A stretch of 58,269 nt of DNA from Arachidicoccus sp. (GCF_050436765.1 NZ_JBNQGD010000066.1:1105-59373), one strand, 5' to 3'; numbered from the stretch's first letter, positions 1 through 11,172 are shown. The notes: a model not told the origin generated them from the letters alone. A program made the numbers and translations.

Positions 1-179
1 GAACCGCTATCGGGCCTTATTAACCCCACTACCATATAAAAAGAGGTTGTTTTGCCTGCGCCGTTGGGGCCTAGTAACCCCACTATTTCGCCTTGCGTAA
101 CATTCACAGACACTTTATTTACTACTGTTCTGTTCCGATAGGTCTTTACTAATTCGTTAGTGGAAATGGTGATGCTCAA
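1..179 (-). CDS. lptB: LPS export ABC transporter ATP-binding protein (5' part, runs off the window)
   Basis: Manual translation from TTG at 179: [59 protein letters not shown]. Walker A followed by the LptB-typical FYMxVGL. Confidence 0.9.
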   Translation of the reverse strand, partial: MSITISTNELVKTYRNRTVVNKVSVNVTQGEIVGLLGPNGAGKTTSFYMVVGLIRPDSG

Positions 180-194
180 AGTTTTCTATTTTTA

Positions 195-202
195 CAAAAG
201 TA
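195..202 (-). promoter_or_regulatory. Bacteroidota sigma-70 -7 element for lptB
   Basis: TACTTTTG on the minus strand matches TAnnTTTG, just upstream of the lptB start. Confidence 0.55.
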
Positions 203-323
203 ATTATTAAAGGGCAATGAAAATTTGCTACTGCTATTATTCACTTTTTTTAAAAAATGATCCTTAATTCTAAGGCTACATAAATATTTTTGCTTGCATT
301 CTTTAAGTGTATAGTTTATCTTA

Positions 324-1715
324 TTATTGCTGTTGAATGGCTTCCATTTCGGCGACTGTTTTTGGCGGCATTTTGTTTCCTAGTATTCGATTTCCTTTTT
401 CCGTGATGAGAACTTCGTCTTCAATACGGATACCACCGAAAGTTTTGAATTTTTCTAATTCGGAATAATTAATAAAATTAGCGAGCTTATTTTTTGACTT
501 CCATATATCAATTAGGGTGGGAATAAAATAGATACCTGGCTCTACAGTAATAGTAAAACCCGGTTCCAATGCACGACCCAATCGTAAAGACTTCCACCCA
601 AAATTCGTTTGCTTTTTCATCTGCTGTGTATAGCCCACATATTGTTCACCCAAATTTTCCATGTCGTGTACATCTAAGCCAATCATGTGCCCTAAGCCAC
701 ATTGAAAAAACAGCGTATGTGCATCTGCTGCCAAAGCCTCTTTCACGTCTCCTTTGATGATACCAAAACTTTTCAGGCCCTCCAGCAACATTTCTCCAGA
801 CAAAGCATGAATGTCTTTGTACAAAGTGCCCGGTTTGCATGCATCAATCGCCGCCAACTGAATGGCTAAAATCATGTTGTACATATCTTTTTGTAAATCA
901 GTAAACTTACCATTCACCGGTGCTGTGCGTGTTAAATCACCAGCATAATGCATAGCTGTTTCGGCACCTATGTCGCATAAGGCCATTTGTCCGGATTCCA
1001 ATACCACATTTCTTGCATGAATGTGCAATGTTTCGCCGCTCGCAGTCAGGATGGCAGGATAAGCCAATTGACCACCGGAGCTTAACGCGAGCCCTTCGAC
1101 GAGCCCCGCAACTTCAAGTTCCGTTTTTCCCGGACGAACTGATTTCATGAATAGTTCGTGCATTTCTGCAGAAATATCCACCGCTTTTTCCATTTCTTCA
1201 ATTTCTTCGGGCTGTTTATAAGAGCGCATAGACACAATGGTTTTAATTAATTCTACAGAAGCCTTGTCAGCACAAACTTGAGGCGGCATGCCTAACCATT
1301 CATGTAGTTTCAATGTATGTTCGTCTCTATAAGGAGGTAAAAAATGAATGGTTCGCCCGCCATGATAGGCGGATTGCAGAATGCTTATTATTGCCTTATA
1401 TTTTTTCACTTCGCTGATAGCCGTTTTTCCCGCCCAGTCTTTCATAGACGCTTGAGGGCCGGTCCATATGATATCGTCGATCGTTAGATCATCCCCAAAC
1501 AAGGTTTCTGTGTCGTTATCTATATCTATAATTACGCCAAGATGAGGTAAGTCAATACCTACATAATAAAGGAAAGAACTATCTTGCCGGAATGTATAGC
1601 CATTGTGCAGGAAGTTCATGCCCACTTGTTCATTACCCATTAATAGTATTATCCCTGACTTTACTTTTGATTTTAGTTGCGAACGACGTTGTTGGTATAT
1701 TTCTGCGTTAAACAC
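324..1715 (-). CDS. pepP: Xaa-Pro aminopeptidase (M24B)
   Basis: N-terminal FRQDSSFLY; metal-ligand motifs DIGAE..YAGDLTRT, GHMIGLDVHD, TVEPGIY and GGIRIEDEV. Confidence 0.9.
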   Translation of the reverse strand: MFNAEIYQQRRSQLKSKVKSGIILLMGNEQVGMNFLHNGYTFRQDSSFLYYVGIDLPHLGVIIDIDNDTETLFGDDLTIDDIIWTGPQASMKDWAGKTAISEVKKYKAIISILQSAYHGGRTIHFLPPYRDEHTLKLHEWLGMPPQVCADKASVELIKTIVSMRSYKQPEEIEEMEKAVDISAEMHELFMKSVRPGKTELEVAGLVEGLALSSGGQLAYPAILTASGETLHIHARNVVLESGQMALCDIGAETAMHYAGDLTRTAPVNGKFTDLQKDMYNMILAIQLAAIDACKPGTLYKDIHALSGEMLLEGLKSFGIIKGDVKEALAADAHTLFFQCGLGHMIGLDVHDMENLGEQYVGYTQQMKKQTNFGWKSLRLGRALEPGFTITVEPGIYFIPTLIDIWKSKNKLANFINYSELEKFKTFGGIRIEDEVLITEKGNRILGNKMPPKTVAEMEAIQQQ

Positions 1716-2164
1716 TGTATTTGATTTTTCTGAGTATTTGATTTTTCCGATTTTAAAAGTAAAGATTATCCTTTAATCAGAAGAGGTTCTAACGTTAAAC
1801 TTTTTGTGAAGCAGAATTTTTCGACGTGTGTTTTTGTGTTGTGTTTATAAAAAACGTAAAGAACGACTGGTACCTCTTCTTGTTTCCAATAATTTTTTGC
1901 TCAGAAATCTTGTTGAATGATTACCAAAATAAAACACAAATTCTTTTAAGAGTTACTCAAACAAAATTTTTCAGGAAATTTATCCTTATCTTACTGTAAA
2001 TTATATTTAACGGAATACAACGAGCTATTAAATAGACTTGTGCTGATAATATAAACATTTGGGATGCAAAATACAGATGGGCCTGCTTTTTGTAAAAAAA
2101 AATAATTGAGAAAACGTCAATTATTACTTCAAGATTCTATTTCGATAAGATACAATACAAATAA

Positions 2165-3328
2165 ATGAATAGAATAGTTAATACGGTAGATGATATTATT
2201 TTGCGTATGCGCACTTATTTTATGGGAGAGGGTATGCAGCAAAGACGGTATAAAGGAGAAGCTCCTTTGATAGCTGAATTATTTAGTGTTGCACAAATGC
2301 GTGTGTATGGCCAAGAGGTGGCAAAAGGGCATGTTTTATCTGAAGGGAAGACGCCGGATAAATTATTGAGGCGCCTTGACAATAATGGAAAAGTCTTGCT
2401 TAGAGTAAGAAGCCTGCTGACTGATGCTGTCAAGGAAAAAAAGTCGATTTCGCCGGCGAGTGAATGGCTGTTGGATAACTTTTATTTAATTGAGGAACAA
2501 ATTGCTATTGGCAAAAAACACTTGCCTAAAGGCTATAGCCAAAACTTACCGCATCTTGGCAGTGGCGTCTCGGAAGACCTTCCACGGGTCTATGATATCG
2601 CATTAGAAATAATTGCGCATAGTGACGGCCGCGTAGATTTGGCGAATTTATCGAGTTTTATTGAGTCTTATCAAATGGTAAATGAACTTACCTTGGGTGA
2701 ACTTTGGGCTATACCCATCATGTTGAGGTTGGCATTGATTGAAAATATTAGGCGTATCGCTGCAAATATTGCCATCAATAGAATCGATAGAAATATTGCC
2801 AATTATTGGGCAGAGGTATTGATGAATGGAGCCGAAAAAAACCCGAAGGATTTAATTATTTATATTGCGGATATGGCTCATTCTGAGCCAGTATTGTCAG
2901 ATTCATTTGTGGCAGAATTTACGAGAAGCCTGCAAGGCAAAGGTGCTGGCTTGTCAATGGCACTTACCTGGATCGAACAACAACTTTCAGAAACGGGTTA
3001 TACCAGTGCTGAATTGGTGCATATAGAAAATCAAAAGCAAGCGGCTAATCAAGTTTCTATGCGTAACAACATAGAAAGTATGCGACTGTTGCGGACAACC
3101 AATTGGCAAGAGTTTGTGGAAAGTGTAAGTTGTGTTGAGCATCTTTTACGTGAAGATATAGATGGTGTCTATGGGAGTATGGATTTTGCCACGCGAGATG
3201 TTTATCGTCATGTTATTGAAAATATTGCACAAAAAAGTAAGACTTCCGAAGTGGCTGTTGCCCGCATTGCAATAGAGCTTGCAAAAAAAATAAAGCTGAA
3301 AATGATCAGCAACGTAAAAATCATGTAG
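2165..3328 (+). CDS. ndvB: Cyclic beta-1,2-glucan synthase (NdvB/Cgs), N-terminal fragment upstream of a frameshift
   Basis: Cgs N-terminal motifs EWLLDNFYLIEEQI, LPRVYDIA, LTLGELWAIPIMLRLALIEN and MDFATRDxYRH. The frame ends shortly after the A8 run at 3283-3290. Confidence 0.85.
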   Translation: MNRIVNTVDDIILRMRTYFMGEGMQQRRYKGEAPLIAELFSVAQMRVYGQEVAKGHVLSEGKTPDKLLRRLDNNGKVLLRVRSLLTDAVKEKKSISPASEWLLDNFYLIEEQIAIGKKHLPKGYSQNLPHLGSGVSEDLPRVYDIALEIIAHSDGRVDLANLSSFIESYQMVNELTLGELWAIPIMLRLALIENIRRIAANIAINRIDRNIANYWAEVLMNGAEKNPKDLIIYIADMAHSEPVLSDSFVAEFTRSLQGKGAGLSMALTWIEQQLSETGYTSAELVHIENQKQAANQVSMRNNIESMRLLRTTNWQEFVESVSCVEHLLREDIDGVYGSMDFATRDVYRHVIENIAQKSKTSEVAVARIAIELAKKIKLKMISNVKIM

Positions 3329-3378
3329 GTTATTTTTTAATTGATAAAGGTCTTGCTGAAACGCAGAAACTCGCCCAA

Positions 3379-6300
3379 ATGAAATGTTCATTTTGGGATC
3401 ATGTAAACGCATTTTGTAAGAAATGTGGTTTCTCTATTTATGCGCTCGCCAATGTCATGGGCACTTTATTTATTTGTTTTTGGCTCTGCATTTTTACGTA
3501 CCATAAGCAGATGCACGTTTGGGTTGTCGTATTAGTGGGGGTGCTTTCTTTTGTAGTCGCAAGTTATTTAATTAGTGCCATCATCAATTGGGTGGCAACC
3601 CTAATTATTAAGCCGAAAATTTTACCTAAAATGGATTTTGTAAAATTTTTACCTTCGGAATATAGAACACTGATAGCTATTCCTTGTATGCTTTCTAATG
3701 AAAGCGAAGTGGAGGAACTGGTGGAAGCTTTGGAAGTTAGATATTTGGCTAATCCACAGGCGCATTTGCATTTTGCTTTATTAAGCGATTATAAAGATGC
3801 ACCGGTAGAAACGATGCCCTCTGATCGGAAATTACTTCAAATGGCTATAGAGCGGATTGAAACTTTAAATAAAAAATATAAGAGTCCGTCTGGAGATATC
3901 TTTTTCTTATTTCATCGACCAAGGAAATGGAATAAACGCGAAAAAAGTTGGATGGGCTTTGAGAGAAAGCGGGGGAAGCTTAGTGATTTAAATGCTTTAC
4001 TTAGGGGCCAGGGAGATGAATCTGATTTTATGACCATCGTTGGCGAATACAGCGTATTGACAAATGTAAAATATGTAATAACCTTAGATTCCGATACCCA
4101 ATTGCCCAGAGAAGCCGCTACAAAAATGATTGCGACCATGGCGCATCCCTTAAATAAGCCTGTCTACGACGCCACATTAAAAAGAGTAGTAGATGGTTAT
4201 ACCATATTGCAGCCCAGGCTGGCCGTGACGTTACCGAAATCCAGTAGCTCTTTGTTTACCCTGATGCATAGCAATGATTCCGGCCTAGACCCTTATACAA
4301 AGGTAACCTCAGATGTTTATCAGGACTTGTTTGCAGAAGGGTCATTTATAGGAAAAGGTATTTATGACGTGGATATTTTTGAAAAAGTATTAAAGGATAG
4401 ATTTCCGTTAAATAGAATATTAAGTCACGATTTACTTGAGGGATGTTATACAAGATCTGGCCTGATCAGTGACGTTCAATTGTACGAAGGTTTTCCTGGT
4501 TCATATTTAGCCGATATGGCACGCAGACATCGCTGGATTCGCGGCGATTGGCAGATTGCCGGCTGGGCCCTGCCATTGTCCTTAAACAAAGATGGGCACT
4601 TGTGTAAAAATCATTTGTCAGCCTTGTCAAGGTGGAAAATTTGGGATAATATTCGTCGTAGCCTTATGCCAATTGCGTTTATTGCTTTATTAATTATAGG
4701 CTGGACACTTTTGCCCATGCCATGGTTTTGGACAACAATTGTAGTGTTGACTCTTTTCTTACCTGTTATTATTATTGCACTGTGGCATTTGGCGCATAAA
4801 CCAAAAGACTTAGATTTTTCCTCCCATTTTAATGAGTTTGTGCAAGCGGCTTCGTTAAATTTTTTGCAATCATTTTTATACCTGGCGAGCCTTCCTTTCG
4901 AAGCATATTACAATTTGGATGCAATCGTTCGTACCAATTGGCGAATGATTATCTCTAATAAGAAATTATTGGAATGGACTCCTTCGAGTAGCAGTAATGC
5001 GGCGGGAAACAAAACACTTTTAAAAACCTATCTAATTATGTGGTCTGCACCGTTTGTAGCTGTGGCGACCGCGTTATTATTGCTTTATTTGGGTAATAGT
5101 GGGTTTTTAACATCCATGCCTATTCTAGTTTTGTGGGTTATTGCGCCTATGATTGTTTGGAAAATAAGTGCACCCCGTAAACTAAAATCGGCTTTTCTGG
5201 AAGAGGAAGAAAAATATTTTTTACATCATATCTCCCGTAAAACCTGGTACTTCTTTGAGAGTTTTGTAACAGAAGATGAGAATTGGCTGCCACCTGATAA
5301 TTTCCAAGAGCACCCTAAGAGTATAATAGCTCATCGCACGTCTCCTACTAATATCGGGTTGACTTTATTGGCTAATTTGTCGGCATACGACTTTGGTTAT
5401 ATTTCTATTAACGACTTGATTCTTAGGACAAGTGGTACTTTTAAAACGATGAATGTATTAGAGCGATATCAAAACCATTTCTTCAACTGGTACGATACGC
5501 TTACGCTTCAGCCGCTTAATCCTAAATACATTTCTACGGTAGATAGCGGGAATCTGGCCGGGCATTTAATTACCCTTCGACAAGGACTTTTATCTCTTCC
5601 TTCTCAAATGGTAGTAAATGAAAATATTTTTTCTGGATGGAGGGATACGCTACTAGTAGCTTATAGGGAATTAGAGAGAAAAGAGGCTAAAAACTTAGAT
5701 GGGCTTTTGACATTCTTGAATAATTTGTGTGCAGCACCCCCATCTTCTTTAATGGATGTGTATGCTACCATGAAAAGCATACTTAGACAGGTGAATGAAG
5801 GTGTAGAAAAATATTTTTCAGATACAAATGAGCAAAGCCATCATTGGATGACTAAGTTGCAACAACAAATCGTTTCGATTTTAAGAGAGACAGAGGACTT
5901 TCTTCCGTGGTTAAAAGGTTCTATCCCTGAAAAATTCAGAGGCCTCCCATTATTTATCAAGGGGCCTAGTTTTTTGGAATTAAAAGACTGGAAAGAAAAA
6001 TATTCTGTAGATATTGAACAACTAATTTCTTTGCCCAATTCCGAAGAGGAATTTGAATGGTTAAATAATTTAAAGCAGCAATTAGCTATAGGTAGTAGAA
6101 AAGCTTTGGAAAAAATTACATTGCTGGAAAATCTTTCACAAGAATGTTCTATTTTCTCTCAATTGGAATACAGATTTTTATATGACGGCTCGAAGCATTT
6201 GTTGCGCATTGGTTTTAACGTAGATGAACATTTGCCCGATAATAGCTATTACGATCTTCTGGCGTCCGAAGTGAGATTGGGGATTTTTGTCGCTATCGCG

Positions 6301-9300
6301 CAAAGCAAATTGCCTCAAGAGTGTTGGTTTACTTTGGGACGACTATTAGTGAATGCAGGGAAAGCGCCGGTGTTGTTATCGTGGAGTGGTTCAATGTTTG
6401 AATATTTGATGCCACAATTGGTAATGCCTTCTTATGAGAATACATTGATAACCCAAACCAATAGCGCAATGGTTCGACGCCAAATCGAATATGGTAAGCA
6501 ACGTGGGGTTCCCTGGGGCATTTCCGAATCGGGTTATAATGCTGTAGATACAAGTTTGAATTATCAATACCGTGCTTTTGGTGTCCCTGGACTTGGATTA
6601 AAAAGAGGTTTGGGGGATGATCTGGTGATTGCTCCTTATGCAGCATTACTGGCTTTGATGATTGCGCCGAAGCAAGCATGTGAGAATCTGCAACGCCTAA
6701 CTCAAGAAGGTTTCGAAGGGCAATATGGTTTTTACGAAGCTATTGATTATACTTCCTCACGCTTGCCTCGTGGCCAAGAAGGGGTCCTTATTCGTTCTTT
6801 CATGGTACATCATCAGGGGATGGGGTTTTTGTCTTTGGCTTCTTTACTCTTAAATCATAGAATGCAAAGACGATTTGAGAGTGATCCTCAATTTCAGGCA
6901 ACCTTATTATTGTTGCAAGAAAAAATTCCTCGCACGTCTACCTATTACTCGCACACTGGTAATATTTCTCAAACAAATATTCCGGCAATGGAGCCGCAAA
7001 TGCGTATTATTGGTACACCAAATACCCCGATTCCTGAAATACAATTATTGTCAAACAGTAACTATCATGTGGTTACCAGCAATGCTGGAGGAGGTTACAG
7101 TCGTTGGAGAAACATCGCTATAACTCGATGGAGAGAGGACGGCACTAGAGATAATTGGGGTGTATTTTGTTATATCAAGGATATTGAGACAGGCGCTTTC
7201 TGGTCAAATACTTATCAGCCGGTGTTACAAACTGCAAAAAATTATGAAGCTATTTTTTCTCAAGGCCATGCCGAATATCGTCGCATAGATAATGGATTCG
7301 AATGTCGAACAGAGGTGGTGGTATCTCCAGAAGATGATGTAGAAGTTAGACGGGTACGCATCACCAATAGAAATAGTTCAAAAAGGGTACTGGAAGTTAC
7401 CAGTTATGCCGAAGTCGTATTGGCACCTCAGGCGGCAGATGAAGCACATCCGGCCTTCAGTAACCTTTTTGTGCAAACAGAAATTTTGAAGGACGAAAAG
7501 ACTATTTTGTGTTCAAGGCGACCCCGTTCTAAAGAAGAACAACCACCTTGGATGTTTCATTTGATGTCACTAAATGGCGCTGATGCTGAAACCATTTCTT
7601 ATGAAACGGATAGGATGGAATTTATTGGACGAACCAATTCTGTAAAAGCACCCAAAGCGTTGCTTACAGATACCGCATTGTCGGGCAGTGACGGCTCTGT
7701 ATTAGATCCTATAGTCGCTATTCGTTACCGTATTTTTTTAAAAGCAAATCAAACAGCAACCTTTGACCTGATTTTGGGTGTCGCTGAGACGAAAGAAAAA
7801 TGCAAAGCCCTACTGCAAAAATATCAGGATAGACATTTGAAGAATAGGGCTTTTGAGCTGTCTTGGACGCATAGTCAAGTATTATTAAGGCAAATAAACG
7901 CTACAGAAGCTGAAGCACAATTATTTAATCGCATTGCCGGATCTATAATCTACCCCAATGTTGCATTGCGTGCAGCGCCTGTTATTATACGTAATAATTC
8001 CAGAGGTCAGTCAGACCTGTGGGCATATTCTATTTCAGGTGATTTGCCTATTGTGCTATTACGTGTGCAAAGCATTGAGAATTTAGATCTGGTCAAGCAA
8101 CTAGTTAAGGCACATGTTTACTGGAGGTTGAAAGGGATTATGGTGGATTTGGTTATTTGGAATGAAGATTTTGGGTCCTACCGACAAGAATTTCAAGATC
8201 AAATACAGAGTTTTGTTACCTCTGCCAATAGTGTTTCTACCAGTAGTCATTCGGGTAATATTTTTATACGTTCAACAGATCAGATATCAAATGAAGACCG
8301 AATATTATTTCAATCAGTAGCGAGAATTATAATAGAAGATAATGCTGGAACATTGTCTGAACAAATAAGTAAAAAAATTATCGCAAAGCCGCTCCCTTCT
8401 GTATTTGAGCCAATTTTGATTAATAAAGAGAGGAATAAAAGAGCCAGCCCGATCGAACTGCCTAAGGATTTATTATTTTACAATGGTTTTGGTGGTTTTA
8501 CAAAAGACGGACGAGAATATATACTCCTTTCCAGTAAGGACAAACCTACGCCGGCACCCTGGGTAAATGTGATTGCCAATGAAAATTTTGGGACTGTTGT
8601 TTCTGAGTCCGGAAGCGCTTATACTTGGCAAGAAAATGCACATGAGTTTAGGGTTTCTCCATGGGAAAATGATCCTATTACAGATGCTTGTGGCGAAGCC
8701 ATTTATATTCGCGATGAGGAAAGTGGAAAGTTTTGGTCCCCCACTCCTTTGCCCAAATTAAGTCAAGAACCCTATATTACGAGACACGGTTTTGGTTACA
8801 GTGTATTTGAGCATATTGAAGAAGAGATATTTACCCAATTATGGGTATATGTTGATTTAGTCGCAAATATTAAATTTAATGTTTTAAAAATTAAAAATTT
8901 ATCTAATCGAAATCGTAAATTATCTGCTACCAGCTATGTTGAATTGATTCTAGGTGATTTGTCGCAAAAAACTTCTATGCATATTATTTCGGAACTCGAT
9001 GAAGAGACGAATGCAGTTTTTGCTTATAATAAATACAATACACCTTTTGCGAAGAAAGTAGTTTTTTTAGACGTTAATAATATCAACAAAAGTGTTACGG
9101 CAGACCGGTCTGATTTTCTTGGTCGCAATGGTAACTTCCAGAATCCTGAAGCGATGCAACGTATACGCTTGTCCGGAAAAGTAGGGGCTGCATTAGATCC
9201 GTGCATAGCGGTACAGGTAACGATAGATGTGTTCCCAATGGAAGAAAAAGAAATAATTTTTAAATTGGGCGTAGGGGATAATGAACAACATGCACGGCAA

Positions 9301-10869
9301 ATAATAAATCAGTTTAAAGAGAGTTCTACTGCGAACAAGTCTTTGGACAATATTCATGATTACTGGAATGAAGCACTCGGAGCCGTGTATGTTGAGACGC
9401 CGGATGCTGCCCTGAATATTTTGGCCAATGGCTGGTTGGTTTATCAGACACTTGCCTGTCGGGTTTGGGCAAGAAGTGGTTATTATCAATCAGGAGGTGC
9501 TTTTGGTTTTAGGGACCAGTTACAAGACGTTTTAGCATTACTACATGCCAAACCGGAAATTGCCAGAGATCAAATTTTGCTCGCAGCATCAAGACAGTTT
9601 AAAGAGGGCGATGTACAACATTGGTGGCACCCACCCCTAGGCCGAGGCGTGCGTACTACTTGTTCCGACGATTACTTGTGGTTGCCCTTTGTAACGGAGC
9701 AGTATTTACAAATTACCGGAGACAAGAGCATTTTACAAAATCAGGTCCCTTTTTTGGATGGAAGACCATTAAGTCCGCATGAAGCATCTTATTATGATTT
9801 GCCTATAATTTTTCATGAGACCGACACGCTTTATCAACACTGTGTTAAGGCGATCAAGCATGGATTACAGTTTGGCTCGCATGGTTTGCCTTTAATGGGT
9901 TCTGGAGATTGGAATGATGGAATGGATAAAGTGGGTGAAGGGGGGAAAGGTGAAAGTGTATGGTTGGGATTTTTTATGCACAAAGTATTAAAACAATTTG
10001 TTTCAATTGCCACTATGCAAGGCGATACACAATTTGCATCTGAGTGCGACAGGTATGCCGGCCAGTTGAAAGAAAACATCAACAAAAACGCCTGGGACGG
10101 ACAATGGTATCGTCGAGCTTATTTTGACGACGGAACTCCTTTGGGCTCTTCATCCAATGCTGAATGTCGCATCGATTCTATATCCCAAAGTTGGTCTATT
10201 ATATCTAAAGCCGGCGAAGAGGAAAGATCAAAACAAGCGATGGAAGCTGTCAACAAATATTTAGTGAAAACAGACGATGGTATTATTCTATTATTAGATC
10301 CGCCCTTTGATAAATCTGATTTAAATCCGGGCTATATAAAAGGGTATCTGCCAGGCGTTCGGGAAAATGGAGGTCAATATACCCACGCGGCAGTGTGGAC
10401 GATGATGGCTTTTGCCGAGATGGGTGATGCGGGAAAAGTATGGGAACTATTTTCGATGATGAATCCAATAAGCCATACGCAGTCAAAAGAGTTAGTGGAA
10501 AAATATAAAGTGGAACCTTATGTGATGGCGGCCGATGTATATGGTGCGAGGCCGCATAAAGGACGTGGTGGCTGGACTTGGTATACAGGCTCCGCAGGGT
10601 GGATGTATCAGTTTTTGTTGCAATCACTTTTGGGCTTAAAGCGTGAAGGCGATAAATTGTATTTTAATCTTTGCGTCCCTAAAACCTGGTCTTCTTTTAA
10701 AATAAATTATAAATATTTAGGCACTTATTACCACATGATAATCATGCAATCGGAAGCGGTGGATAAACCGGAATATACTTTAGATGGCATAATTCAAGAG
10801 GAAGATTTTATTACTTTAGTAAATGATAAGGAAGACCATGAGGTAATAATAAAGTTTAAAACAGTTTAA
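3379..10869 (+). CDS. ndvB: Cyclic beta-1,2-glucan synthase, main part (GT84 domain, TM segments, glucoamylase-like and GH94 phosphorylase domains)
   Basis: ERKRGKL, YVITLDSDT, GSFIGKGIYDV, ILSHDLLEG, RRHRWIRGD, SWSGSMFEYLMP, WGISES, YQSGGAFGFRDQLQD, GDWNDG and RENGGQYTHAA. The frame is open upstream to the A8 run, so both ORFs form one gene (2165-10869). Confidence 0.92.
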   Translation: MKCSFWDHVNAFCKKCGFSIYALANVMGTLFICFWLCIFTYHKQMHVWVVVLVGVLSFVVASYLISAIINWVATLIIKPKILPKMDFVKFLPSEYRTLIAIPCMLSNESEVEELVEALEVRYLANPQAHLHFALLSDYKDAPVETMPSDRKLLQMAIERIETLNKKYKSPSGDIFFLFHRPRKWNKREKSWMGFERKRGKLSDLNALLRGQGDESDFMTIVGEYSVLTNVKYVITLDSDTQLPREAATKMIATMAHPLNKPVYDATLKRVVDGYTILQPRLAVTLPKSSSSLFTLMHSNDSGLDPYTKVTSDVYQDLFAEGSFIGKGIYDVDIFEKVLKDRFPLNRILSHDLLEGCYTRSGLISDVQLYEGFPGSYLADMARRHRWIRGDWQIAGWALPLSLNKDGHLCKNHLSALSRWKIWDNIRRSLMPIAFIALLIIGWTLLPMPWFWTTIVVLTLFLPVIIIALWHLAHKPKDLDFSSHFNEFVQAASLNFLQSFLYLASLPFEAYYNLDAIVRTNWRMIISNKKLLEWTPSSSSNAAGNKTLLKTYLIMWSAPFVAVATALLLLYLGNSGFLTSMPILVLWVIAPMIVWKISAPRKLKSAFLEEEEKYFLHHISRKTWYFFESFVTEDENWLPPDNFQEHPKSIIAHRTSPTNIGLTLLANLSAYDFGYISINDLILRTSGTFKTMNVLERYQNHFFNWYDTLTLQPLNPKYISTVDSGNLAGHLITLRQGLLSLPSQMVVNENIFSGWRDTLLVAYRELERKEAKNLDGLLTFLNNLCAAPPSSLMDVYATMKSILRQVNEGVEKYFSDTNEQSHHWMTKLQQQIVSILRETEDFLPWLKGSIPEKFRGLPLFIKGPSFLELKDWKEKYSVDIEQLISLPNSEEEFEWLNNLKQQLAIGSRKALEKITLLENLSQECSIFSQLEYRFLYDGSKHLLRIGFNVDEHLPDNSYYDLLASEVRLGIFVAIAQSKLPQECWFTLGRLLVNAGKAPVLLSWSGSMFEYLMPQLVMPSYENTLITQTNSAMVRRQIEYGKQRGVPWGISESGYNAVDTSLNYQYRAFGVPGLGLKRGLGDDLVIAPYAALLALMIAPKQACENLQRLTQEGFEGQYGFYEAIDYTSSRLPRGQEGVLIRSFMVHHQGMGFLSLASLLLNHRMQRRFESDPQFQATLLLLQEKIPRTSTYYSHTGNISQTNIPAMEPQMRIIGTPNTPIPEIQLLSNSNYHVVTSNAGGGYSRWRNIAITRWREDGTRDNWGVFCYIKDIETGAFWSNTYQPVLQTAKNYEAIFSQGHAEYRRIDNGFECRTEVVVSPEDDVEVRRVRITNRNSSKRVLEVTSYAEVVLAPQAADEAHPAFSNLFVQTEILKDEKTILCSRRPRSKEEQPPWMFHLMSLNGADAETISYETDRMEFIGRTNSVKAPKALLTDTALSGSDGSVLDPIVAIRYRIFLKANQTATFDLILGVAETKEKCKALLQKYQDRHLKNRAFELSWTHSQVLLRQINATEAEAQLFNRIAGSIIYPNVALRAAPVIIRNNSRGQSDLWAYSISGDLPIVLLRVQSIENLDLVKQLVKAHVYWRLKGIMVDLVIWNEDFGSYRQEFQDQIQSFVTSANSVSTSSHSGNIFIRSTDQISNEDRILFQSVARIIIEDNAGTLSEQISKKIIAKPLPSVFEPILINKERNKRASPIELPKDLLFYNGFGGFTKDGREYILLSSKDKPTPAPWVNVIANENFGTVVSESGSAYTWQENAHEFRVSPWENDPITDACGEAIYIRDEESGKFWSPTPLPKLSQEPYITRHGFGYSVFEHIEEEIFTQLWVYVDLVANIKFNVLKIKNLSNRNRKLSATSYVELILGDLSQKTSMHIISELDEETNAVFAYNKYNTPFAKKVVFLDVNNINKSVTADRSDFLGRNGNFQNPEAMQRIRLSGKVGAALDPCIAVQVTIDVFPMEEKEIIFKLGVGDNEQHARQIINQFKESSTANKSLDNIHDYWNEALGAVYVETPDAALNILANGWLVYQTLACRVWARSGYYQSGGAFGFRDQLQDVLALLHAKPEIARDQILLAASRQFKEGDVQHWWHPPLGRGVRTTCSDDYLWLPFVTEQYLQITGDKSILQNQVPFLDGRPLSPHEASYYDLPIIFHETDTLYQHCVKAIKHGLQFGSHGLPLMGSGDWNDGMDKVGEGGKGESVWLGFFMHKVLKQFVSIATMQGDTQFASECDRYAGQLKENINKNAWDGQWYRRAYFDDGTPLGSSSNAECRIDSISQSWSIISKAGEEERSKQAMEAVNKYLVKTDDGIILLLDPPFDKSDLNPGYIKGYLPGVRENGGQYTHAAVWTMMAFAEMGDAGKVWELFSMMNPISHTQSKELVEKYKVEPYVMAADVYGARPHKGRGGWTWYTGSAGWMYQFLLQSLLGLKREGDKLYFNLCVPKTWSSFKINYKYLGTYYHMIIMQSEAVDKPEYTLDGIIQEEDFITLVNDKEDHEVIIKFKTV

Positions 10870-10943
10870 TTATTATATAACGAATCAATACCGGATTTCA
10901 GTCAATATCATTTATGGGGACTTAAGCGCGCTCCTGGTGAATA

Positions 10944-10978
10944 AATAGCCTCGTAAATCGTTGACTTACAAGGCTATT
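10944..10978. terminator. Hairpin between convergent ndvB and tRNA-Gln
   Basis: AATAGCCTcGTAA...TTACaAGGCTATT inverted repeat. Confidence 0.6.
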
Positions 10979-10982
10979 GGTG

Positions 10983-11053
10983 TTACCCGATCAGGATTCG
11001 AACCTGAACACACAGAACCAGAATCTGTAGTACTACCGTTATACTATCGGGCA
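10983..11053 (-). tRNA. tRNA-Gln (anticodon CTG)
   Basis: Minus strand TGCCCGATAGTATAACGGTAGTACTACAGATTCTGGTTCTGTGTGTTCAGGTTCGAATCCTGATCGGGTAA: acceptor stem TGCCCGA/TCGGGTA, anticodon arm ACAGA-TTCTGGT-TCTGT, T-loop GTTCGAATC. A TATTTTTG -7 element lies at 11082-11089. Confidence 0.95.
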
Positions 11054-11141
11054 ATAAGACAAATAAACAAGAGCGTTAACGCAAAAATACTGCCTTTTTC
11101 AATTTGAAATAGAGGAGTTCAAAAATTTTTTAAGAAAAAGT

Positions 11142-11172
11142 TTTGCACATTCGAAAACTACACATACCTTTG
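11142..11172 (+). promoter_or_regulatory. Bacteroidota sigma-70 promoter of the S10 operon
   Basis: TTTG (11142-11145), 19-nt spacer, TACCTTTG (11165-11172). Confidence 0.75.

Noticed and set aside
2079-2093. Sigma-54-like GGGC-N7-TTGT upstream of ndvB
   Set aside because: Weak match in AT-rich DNA with no supporting element.
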